A DNA stretch of 48,186 nt, taken from the NCBI RefSeq assembly GCF_006345805.1, contig NW_021834484.1:1-48186 (forward strand), in the 5' to 3' direction. The position numbers were made by a program, and so were the translations under genes. This document shows, piece by piece, positions 38,122 through 48,186 of this stretch (within the stretch, counting starts at the first letter, position 1; each line of letters begins with the position of its first letter). The DNA comes from Octopus sinensis. Taxonomy: Eukaryota. Below the pieces are notes generated by a model. The model had not been told where the DNA came from. It did not search any database and worked only from the letters and a program-made list of their open reading frames with translations.

Positions 38122-38399
38122 AAGCATGGTGTAGAATATAGACACGTTGACATGGAGAACTATTCTTTCTCGCGGATGATGAATACTATCCCCTACAATT
38201 TTTATCATTAATACAAGCCTGGTAAAAGAAGGTGTAACCTCCTTTGAGTAAACCTGTTTGGAAAAATCGTAGCTGTAATCAGATAGTGAAATGTATAATA
38301 TACATACACCATGGCGACGAAAGAGTTAGCTATCGCAGATCGCGGAACTATCAAGTAAAATTTCACTGGATTTCTGAAATGAACCAAAACCTATATCAG

Positions 38400-41230
38400 T
38401 ATTACAGAAAGACTAGAGAAGACCGCTTGGTAGGCCACTTGAAGTGACTTAAAGAATGTTGGGATATCAAATACCCAACATTCTCGAAATTTTCAGCAGC
38501 GCAATTACGCCAGCAAGGTACATTTCCTGAAAAGAAATATGTCACCCTAGCAAACAAAATACCCAGCCAAAATGCACAAATGATAATACTGCTGTTCATA
38601 ACACACCAAACATTTTCCACAAACACAATAACTAACTGCCGCCACTACACAAAAACAAATGAGGCATATTATATACTGAAATCACGAGTGCTAAACGTTC
38701 GTCTCTCAAGAAGTGCTACCCTGAAGATCGTCCGAATCTCTGCTCCCAGAAAGATGAAGTAGAAGAATTCTTCCAAGAGCTAGGAAAAGTGATAGCTCAA
38801 ATTCACTTACGCCTTAGTCGTAGATTTCATCACAAAGGTTAAAAAATGATGTCAGGGTGAGAAATATGTTGGTAAGTTTAGATCAAGAAAGAGAAACAAA
38901 AGAGAACGCTTAGTTACTACGGCAGAAACAAGAGAACTTTATACTGGAAACGGTATATTCAAGAAGCAACCTAGAAGAATATGGATCTGTATGGCTTGAA
39001 GTGACTATATCCTGGCCGACAACCGATACATACTACACGAAGTGTTCATTGCTTACTAGTGATCAATGAAATCAAAGAGAAAATGGCTCTGCATATCTCA
39101 GTGAATGATCAACACGTTAAGAATATTGTTGCGAAGTAGTTGCAGGAAATTACAGTTCTATTTTTAAGAGATGTGGAATTAGGTACAATACTTACATTAT
39201 TTACATTTGACGGAGGTTATATCAGCCAAAACGTTGTGTTAAAAATAAACAAAATGAAGACAAATATCCGTTAAATATAAATAATGTAAATAATATAGCT
39301 GCAGGAAGCTATCAAGAAGAAAATTTGGAGTCAAACTGAAGAGCTCGATGAGGACTACAATTTGCTGATCCAGAAAACTAGAAGTTACATCTGGAAAGCA
39401 AAAACTGCAAACCAACGGAAGCCTGGCGGAAGAATCTCGGTGGAGACGAAGAAAATGCTATACAAAACGGAAGCCGATGAAAAGGAATTGGAAAAACCAC
39501 CTCGAGTATTCCGTTCACTGGAAACATTTAAGAAAAGACTTCAAGAACTATAGATGGGAGAAACTGATGCAGGTTGAAGAAGGGAGAAGAAAACTAAAAA
39601 GATGCAGGGGTGTGTCGGCACTCTACAGATCAAAGGTGACGGCGCTTAAAATAATAATGTCGCAGGGATCAAACAGGAGATTGAAGTTGTTTGCAACACC
39701 AACTTTTTAAAGTCACCAGTGAAGCTCGATCATCCACCATCACAAACGTTGAAAGAGCTGTCACCTATTCTAGTAAGTGAAACTGAAAATGCCTTCTAAT
39801 TGATGAAAGCAGAGAAAGTTCCTGGGAAATATGGCATCACAACAGAAATGTTAAGATGCATGAGTAAAGATCTGTGGAAAATCCTCATTCTACGCCTTAG
39901 TTGCTATGTAAAGGAGGGTAAAATACCCTCACAGTAGAAAGAGTCAAATACCATCTTGCTTTATAAGAAGGGAGAAAAGGAATATTTAAAAGACTATCGC
40001 CACATATGTCTCTTTTCTCAACTCTATTAGCGGTTTACGAAGGTGATAGTCGAAACTTCCGGACGACTAATAGCCGGAAGAATGAGCAGGTTCCATAAGA
40101 CCTCAGTACAATGGGCAACATATTCCCTCTAACACAAGTCATAGAACGAGCGAATGAATACAAGTCTCTTCTGTATTACTTTTGTTGATTACGTAAAAGC
40201 CTTTCATAGTGTCAAGATGAACGCAGTGTTGAAATCTCTGGAAAGTAAGATATCGAGCCAAAATGTAGGAAACAGATCAAATCTTTGGATGCACAACGGA
40301 TATAGCTCTACTGTTACCACTAGCAAAGATTTAACTTGGAAAAGATGTCAAGCAAGGAGAATTTATTTCTCCAAACCTCTTTCCCACATATCTAGAAATA
40401 GCCATGAAGAACATTAACTGAACAAGAGGTGTAAACATCAATGGCGAGCAACTAACACATCTCCGAATCACAGACGACATTGTACTTGTAACTGATATCA
40501 AGCCAGGTGCAGAGTTGGACGGTTATAGCTTAGCAGTAGGCCTTAAAAAGAACCACATGAAACAAAATATGTATGCTCGGAAGACGTAGCGCAAGGCCGA
40601 ATAGAGATGGGAAACGATGAAACCGAGGAGGTAAACAAGTACGCAGACTTAAGACACACAGTGAATATGCTCCTACATATGGTTGAGGAAATCTCAAAGA
40701 TAATAAGGGCAGGACGGAAGGAATTTAACTGAATAAAGGATGTGCTCCAAACAAAAATAGACAATACCATTCTTGACAGATTCTTCAATAACGCCGTCGT
40801 ACATGCGCTCTTATACGCGAGTGAGACGTAGGCTAATACAAAGAGAACAGAACATTGATTGGCTACGACACAAAGAGCCATGGAAAGATCCACGCTAGGA
40901 TTATCATTACAAGATCCTATTCGAGATATGAACGGAGGAAGGTGAACGATGTGATCGTGGAATACTGAAAGCATAATTTCCACTGGACCTGACATGCTGC
41001 AAGTATTCACAGACAACAGATGGACCCATGCAGTGGCCGAATTGTATCCAAGAGACTGGAAAAGTCCACTTGGAAGATCAGCACGACAATGGGAAGACGA
41101 TTTATTTAAGCAATTTGGGTCAACATGGAAAAGAATGGCGAAATCCAGACAGAACTGGAAGTACATTTTGACCAGCGGTGTAAGATGGCATTTCATGGTC
41201 AACTCTCCCTGTGGTACTGCGAAATATGTA
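38400..41230 (+). mobile_element. Old, heavily decayed near-full-length RTE-clade LINE (APE plus RT)
   Basis: APE remnants LKIVRISAP (~38720) and DYILAD (~39000). RT remnants KVPGKYGITTEML (~39810), KDYRHICL (~39990), FVDYVKAFHSV (~40180) and LTHLRITDDIVL (~40450). C-terminus DNRWTHAVAELYPRDWKSPLGRSARQWEDDL (~41010-41100). Confidence 0.85.
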
Positions 41231-41829
41231 AGTGTACGTATATGAATATACAAACACACACATGCACACTCACACACACACACACACATATCATTACTAT
41301 TATGTTAAACTATCGTATGTCCAAACTTGTATTTTTTCCATATTCATTTTCACTTGCAATAGCCGGTTCTCTTGGTCAAACTATCGTATCTCCAGCTGCG
41401 TCACATGCCAAGATATAAAAAATTGTCCAAGTGTAACAACAGTTTTGTTATGGAGTGGTGAAACTATTTTTTTTCATCTTCTGAAAAGCTATCGTCTTGG
41501 ACTTACGACACTTTTGCATAATAGCAACGATATATTTATCTATATATACATATATGTAAGAATGTATATGCGTGCGTGTGCTGCGTCTGTGTGTGCGTGC
41601 GTCAAGTGAGCGTGTGCGTGTGTATATATACATTCATATATTATAAATTCCATATATTATACACGTGTAGGATCTTTGTGGTCTTCGGCACTGTTTACAA
41701 TTTTGTTCCAGTCGATTTCAATGTTGGTCTTTGGATTAAATTTTGTATACTAAATATGGAAATGAAATTCAATTTCCCTATAAATCCATAATTAAAAAGT
41801 TATTAGCCTTTGCAAAATTTGGGTATTTT

Positions 41830-41980
41830 AGCCAATCAGGAGCGAGTATTTTACACATCACCATGGTGAAAAACTCTGTTTCCGTAGTAACCAAAGCAAA
41901 GAAGCACCACGTGTTACACGGCTGATTGCGAAGAACTCTGTTTCTATAGTTACCAAAGATACCGCGCATGCGCACCAGAA
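41830..41980. promoter_or_regulatory. Candidate promoter/enhancer motif cluster (NF-Y, 2x RFX X-box, E-box, NRF1)
   Basis: AGCCAATCAG (CCAAT 41832-41836), GTTTCCGTAGTAAC 41878-41891, CACGTG 41908-41913, GTTTCTATAGTTAC 41940-41953, CGCGCATGCGCA 41963-41974. No linked exon identified. Confidence 0.4.
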
Positions 41981-42996
41981 GTGTAACCACAACGTATTCT
42001 ATAATTTAATTTTTTTCTATAATAGAAGGAATTTGATTCTAGAACAGCTTTAAACCTCTCCTATGTAGGGAAGGAGATACGAGAAAGATAATTTATTTTA
42101 TAAAATTCTAGATTGTGTTGCAAACTTTCGTTCATGAATCTTTTAACTAATAAATGTCTGTTTTAAACAATGCTTTGACTGTTATTTCTAGCAACTCTTG
42201 TTGGTTTGTTCGTAGCTTTTAAATATTTAATTTGCTTGCGATTGTTTTCATGTTTTTTACTGTTTACTGTAGTAGTTTAATGTTCTAACATGCTGATGCC
42301 CCCACCCTTTCCCCTGATACTGGAAGAGGCAGCGAACGAGCTGTTTTCTGATTGACTGAAAATTCTGAAAATTGTCAAACTTTGACCACCTGTAACATTC
42401 TCGCGAATTTTTTCTGGAATAAATGAATAACAAATTCGGATTCAGCGTCAAAAATTATACCTATATGATACATTACAATTTTTTTTTTTTTTAAGAATAT
42501 TGTAAACAGTGACGAAAACCACACAGATCCCGTTTGCTTCCATATGTATATACACATGCATACACATATTTCAATATTAGTGTGCGTAGGTCATATCCCA
42601 CGTGAACATATCAGTCGTTGAACTCAGCATTTTATGGGATATTTACGAAACAAGCCGTATCATGTATAGTGTCTTAAACCCATGTACGTAGTTATCTGAA
42701 CCTTTGACAGTATGCTGATGTAGCCAAGAACACACAGCGAAGTCGGTCAGCTGTGACTCGAGTGCTAACAATAATTTGCCCGTAATGAATAATACCATCA
42801 CACTACCAAGGTCGATCGTTGTTTTAAATCTTGACAAATAACATTCCATCTTTGAAGATCACAAGAGGATAAACAGTAGCGATATATAAAAAAAAAAAGA
42901 TTACAAAGACAGAAATATTTTAGGGGCTATGAAACCTATACAGGATACTGGGAATCTTATATTTTCCTTCTTCAGTTCAATTAACTAAAATTATAT

Positions 42997-43226
42997 ATTT
43001 CTTTACTACCCACAAGGGACTAAAGACAGAAGGGACAAACAAGACAGACAAACGGATTAAGTCGATTACATCGACTCCAGTGCGTAACTGGTACTTAATT
43101 TATCGACCCCGAAAGGATGAAAGACAAAGTCGACCTCGGCGGAATTTAAACTCAGAACGTAACGGCAGACGAAATACGGCTACGCATTTCGCCCGGCGTG
43201 CTAAAGTTTCTGCCAGTTCGCTGCCC
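42997..43226 (-). mobile_element. Full-length tRNA-derived SINE with a perfect 21-bp target-site duplication
   Basis: TTCAATTAACTAAAATTATAT at 42976-42996 and 43227-43247; the body is the same family as 7839 and 17440. Confidence 0.93.
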
Positions 43227-43529
43227 TTCAATTAACTAAAATTATATTTGCGTTCACACATCAGTTTCTTTATCACATTCTTAATTATAACTATTAGCAT
43301 ACATATGTGAAGCGCAACATTTCAGATATTTGCATTTTGAAACCTTAAATAAAGAAAGAGTGTAGTTTAAAAGAAATGGAAAGCTGTATACTATATACCT
43401 GAAATTTCTGTGTGTGTTCTCGAGTAAAACAGATTTTCTGTTACACTTAATCCCAAAATATTTTCTAATGAAATAACTCAACTTTTAGATCGCCAAATCT
43501 ACATTTCTCTATCTGTTTGTCTGACTGTT

Positions 43530-43552
43530 TTTCTCTCTCTCTCTCTCTCTCC

Positions 43553-43602
<50 letters not shown>

Positions 43603-43625
43603 CTCCTCTCTCTCCTCTCGTTCTC
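43530..43625. repeat. (CT)n microsatellite
   Basis: Direct reading. Confidence 0.95.
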
Positions 43626-44503
43626 TCTTTCTTGATATAACATATAATGCAATATCAAGTAAGTATATATTATTTACGTGCCTGTTCGACAGTTTCACAT
43701 GACTTTATTCATGTGAAACTGTCTTATTGAAACTTCTTGCAACTTTCGTCGTTGTAATGTTTACTTAAATTTTGTTTAAAACAAAACATTATCGACTTAA
43801 TGCCTTTGTTTTCATTATGTGATAGACATTATCGCGCAGAAAATGCTAACTTCCAAACCCTGTTTTCTGATTGGATAAAAATTATGAAACTTTAAACCGT
43901 TGAGTGCGTGTGTGTGCGCGCGCTTGTGCACGTTTGGTGTGCGCGTGTGTGTTTGTGTGTGTGTGTGCGTTTATTTGTGTATGTGCTTGCGCGCGTGCGT
44001 AGTATGTGTGCTTGCACGCGCGCGTATGTGTGTGTATGCATTTATGTGTACATGGAATTTAATTAGGGCGAGAGAGTCGAAAGAACCTCACAGAACATCA
44101 ACAGCGAGTTCAGAAAAATCTTTACATCTATGTCATCAAATAAAAAAACAATTGTTTATCGATTACATCATAAATTGCCTCAAATACTGCAGAAATCACT
44201 CGTCATGAAGAGGCCTTCCCAACGAAGAAGACATGGTCTGATATGGAATAAAAAAATATTGAAAAAAGGCATTCTACTGTGAAAATTTCGAGGGGGTTGC
44301 AGATTTTCCTGGTTTTAAAGATGTGGCGACAGGAATGGTCGGTGTCCCAACCTTCCGACTTCTTTTATAGGGCATAGAAACTGAAGGAAAAACTGTGTGA
44401 ATCTGACGAGGGAATATGTTAAATTAAATCACAATTGACTGATTCTTCTGTATTTCACTTATTCAAAACCTGGAACTGTCACCACCCTATATATATATAT
44501 ATA

Positions 44504-44541
<38 letters not shown>

Positions 44542-45201
44542 ATAAACACAATCTATGTATTTATCTGCTATTAGTTTCATCAGTGCTGAAACTAGCTCGG
44601 AAGAAAAAGTGGACAGTGTCTGACGATTGTGCTAGGACACCGGACGTGTTGAAAACATTGTCTGACATTCTCTTAGCACATAAATACATAAATTGTGTTT
44701 ATTAGATACTATTCATCTCTCGCCAGATGGAGTACTTTTTGGGTTGATCTAACCATCACTGAACAGCACACTCACACATACACACTATAAATATATATAT
44801 ATGGTTCAAAATGTACAGAAAACCAAATATGTGTGTACATGTGTATGTATGTATATGTGGACGCATAGCCTACATGCATACATATATACATACATACATA
44901 TATTTTTTTATTCCCCAAAAGCGATAAATTTCAGGACTCAATACATTGAGATGTGCTGATCTGTGCACAGCTTATTCAGTCATTAATTTCATGCACAAAA
45001 ACATCTTGTAATATCCACAATTAATTTCTCACGATGACCTGCGTTGAGTGGTAGTAGCAGCTTAAACAGATGAATGCATGTGCAAGTGTGTATCTGTTCA
45101 GCGGCTTCAGATATTTGTCACTTCTTTTTAAAACTATGGCGATGGAGTGATTCGACAGCAACTTCAGTGTCTGAGCCAAGAAGAACCTAGAAAAACACGG
45201 T

Positions 45202-45326
45202 CTAAACAAAGTCTGTCTCGTTCTGAAACTGGCCTGCGGCCCCGTGGTTCACGAACATCTTCTCTTTGCGGTCCATCGTAATAGCTTTCCAAGAAGTGAC
45301 GTACTCGGACATGAATTGACTTCTAC
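45202..45326 (-). CDS. Candidate terminal coding exon, unknown product
   Basis: CAG acceptor at 45329-45327, then an open frame (G)RSQFMSEYVTSWKAITMDRKEKMFVNHGAAGQFQNETDFV* of complex, locally GC-richer sequence. Minus-strand AATAAA at 44912-44907. Weak polypyrimidine tract; no recognised homology. Confidence 0.25.
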
Positions 45327-46449
45327 CTGATATGTATGCGATATAAACATATGGGTTTCTTTTTTCGATGTACATGGGAGAAAGTATTTGTTCTATATAG
45401 GGTTGTACAAACAAGCCCTTGTCACTCGCACCATAACAATTATAATGACCAACGATTTGTCCGTTATAAAAACTCTATCTAATGACGCAAATGCACAGCA
45501 TTTCCGATATATACGAAACCTGAATAAAATTAGTAATTCCGTAGCCAGTGTTCCGGGAAGAAATGGCTTATATAGTTTACTTACGCTTTTGGTTTTACCT
45601 TCCGTATTTAACTCGTACCGAGGGTGATTCGAACTTCTATTTCTCAGAGGCAGAAACAATACGTATCAGTCAAACACTAGGGTAGATAAAATCCACTAAA
45701 ACTCATTATTTTCTGCACAACCATCACACACACACACACATACACACACGTCATGAATATATGTCTCTGTAAGAAATCAGCCTATTTATATGAGAAATAT
45801 TGAGAAGCAGTGTGTCAAAATATTATCTGATGGCTGAATGATACTGAAACTGTGATTCTGAAACAATAATGCCCTTATAAAAGGCATAAGCAACACAGTA
45901 TCTTATTGCATCTTACTGTTATTTGTATATTTCTTAATAGTGCAGTATATAATACCTAAAATCTTTCTGTCGAACTTCTGTGTCTTAGTCACTTCCATTG
46001 CTTTGGAATCGTGTAATTGTTTCACATCTGATTCCTCAGGTTAAGCCACTTGTGCAGCAATCTGTACAACTTTGAAATGTCCCATTTGATTCCATTAAAA
46101 TTCTAACATGTACTAACTGGAAAGCAACTATACTCAAAAATTAACAAGGTAACAACCAGTTGTTGTTGTTCATATTGTTGCTAATGCTCTTTTTGCTTAG
46201 CCTAGGCCAGCACTGATCAAGCAGGACTATGATCAAATCTGTTTCAGTCAAGCTCATCCAGCTTTTTTATATACCAGAGACTACCTTATTCAATGCTATG
46301 TTCTTTAATAAGCCGGCAGTGTATTTGAAGATTTGGTTAATATTTCTAGCAGGCAGGTCGACCGACTGCGCAGAAGCTACGTCGTTGGCTCGTAGTAATG
46401 AATGTATGTCGCAGCTGTTTTTTTTTTTTCAATTTCCTTATTTGAACAA

Positions 46450-47750
46450 GCCTGTGTTCCAGTGATGAGATTATATTGTTGAGCGTGTTTTAACATCTTA
46501 AAGATGATAGGTTTTAGTTTGAGAGATTCTGAAGCAACCAGATTGAGTCTTCTTTATCTTAATGTGTTGGATAGTAAGGCACTGAGTTAAGTGATTTAGA
46601 TTGTTCGGCTGAGTTAAATTCGACTTACTTAAATTGCCGTTGTTTTAGTCTCAGTAATCTATGCAAAGCTGTCTGTCATTGGTTACTCTATAATTTTGTA
46701 CATCTAAGAATAGATACTTTTATGCGTTGTTCCCTACTGCACCGAATTTCAACACCCCCACACCCTTATACCCTGGGGTCTTGAAAAGTCTATCGGCGCA
46801 GGCCTTTTCTGACTATGATCAAACCAAAAGATAACAATTGTCTTTGATTTAAGCACAAATTTAGCAACACAGAAGGAAGGAAGATAGTCGATATCATCGA
46901 ACAATGCGAAAGTGACACACTATTTGAGAGGGCCAGAATGGATGCTGGGCAAATTTGACCTCGTTTAGATTTTGGAGCCAGAAAGTAAGGTCGAACAGCA
47001 AAACATTTTCCCGGTGTTCTATCGATTCTCCGTCACTCACCCATGAAAGAAAAGCACAGGCAATAAAGCCCTGTATCTTGAAAGGAACAGATTAGTCGAT
47101 CACATTGATTCTAAAGAGCCGATGTTCAGGAAGTAAGGAACCGAAAATTGTATTTTGTTTAGGGTCTGAGGTGAACATACGTGTAATTGAAGGAAGTGAG
47201 ACGACTGAGGCAGATAGGTCTTGGATGAAGTGACATGTCATCAGCATGCAAAGCGGTGCACTGTGGTAACTCTAGAAGCAAAGTGGTAACAAGTCTCATT
47301 AACGTGTGTTGGCAAGAACCCCCATGTCAGTCAATCAAGTGACCTTTATTTAGGGTCCAGTCTTATGGATCATTGTTAGTATTATTTCAGCTTAGTGGTG
47401 AGTTGGTTGTTGTAAGCTAAAACATTTTTTGATCTAAAATGGAAGTTGGGCATTGAGTTGTGGTTTTCGCTATATTCAAGATGTGATAATCACCAGATGA
47501 CATCCACGGAGATGGAGAGACGTAGCACTTGTAGCGACCATGAGAGTTTTAGATGCGTGTTTGTTCTTTTGAAACGTACCGATAACATCTTTTTCGTGTG
47601 GACACAAACAAAATCCATGAGACCTCACTGGAGAATTTATTCCAGGCTTTCTAGAGGTTTTGATTGAGAATGAAGCTTGGTTACAGATTAGCTTGGTTAT
47701 GGATCGAATATGAATGAAGCTTGTCACGGATTATCAGACGTTGTTGGACC
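46450..47750 (-). mobile_element. Very decayed CR1/L2-like RT remnant
   Basis: Minus-strand HADDMSLH (~47260-47235) resembles (Y/F)ADDSTLH; an LDIAK-like segment near 47470 needs one indel. The rest is barely alignable. Confidence 0.35.
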
Positions 47751-48186
47751 TAAAAAATGTATAAGAAGGGAAAGCTAAGCAATAAACGCTTGGCTGGTTG
47801 CCACGTAGTCTGATTATTCTATCTGTTTCTATCTCTCCAGTATATAAGTGAAAGATAAAAATGTCCATTACTGAGTGAACTGTATAATATTATAAAACTT
47901 ATTATTACATAAATAGACTGCAACTATCTGCCACAAGGACAGATTTTAATAATGTTAAAAATATTATAAGGTATCCGTATATGAAGTAAAATAATTGCTT
48001 GAAATTAATAGTTATTAATAATATGAAGGATAATGGTTTCTATGATAATCATAAGGTCAGAAATGGTGGAGGAAGCTCAGTCGACAAATCGAGCCCGGAC
48101 ATTTATCGAACTGAATTGATGAAAGAACAAAGTTGCCTTCAGCTGGATTTGAATCCAGAATCGCAAAGGAGTGCATAAAAGTCACC

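Noticed and set aside
40543-41289. 248-aa minus-strand ORF
   Set aside because: Antisense shadow of the RTE remnant on the plus strand.
46229-46465. CpG-containing stretch with open frames on both strands
   Set aside because: No usable splice signals; it adjoins the decayed LINE remnant and is more likely repeat-derived.

Overview
Eukaryotic, AT-rich, repeat-saturated window, most likely from a coleoid cephalopod (Octopus-like). That assignment is inferred from the tRNA-derived SINE types and the very high microsatellite load, not from a database search. Almost every ORF in the supplied track is a translation of a microsatellite. The only clear protein-homologous sequence is from dead non-LTR retrotransposons: an R4/Dong-like RT-RLE element inside a (TAA)n tract (~11.46-14.33 kb), an RTE/BovB-like copy with a 5' inversion (~27.56-29.05 kb), a decayed near-full-length RTE (~38.4-41.2 kb), and CR1/L2-like and R4-like scraps. 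No intact host gene is supported. There are two weak exon candidates (36869-36940 +, 45202-45326 -) and a promoter-like motif cluster (~41.83-41.98 kb). The most interesting unannotated signal is a set of non-coding, (TA)n-anchored elements carrying minimal type-I hammerhead ribozyme motifs, arranged as tandem or fold-back copies (8.65-9.65, 24.7-25.0, 30.8-31.9 kb and possibly 32.5-33.1 kb). One copy (30928-31030, minus strand) has a fully canonical core. These resemble Penelope-like element or retrozyme termini. Element boundaries were read by eye and are approximate unless given to the base.
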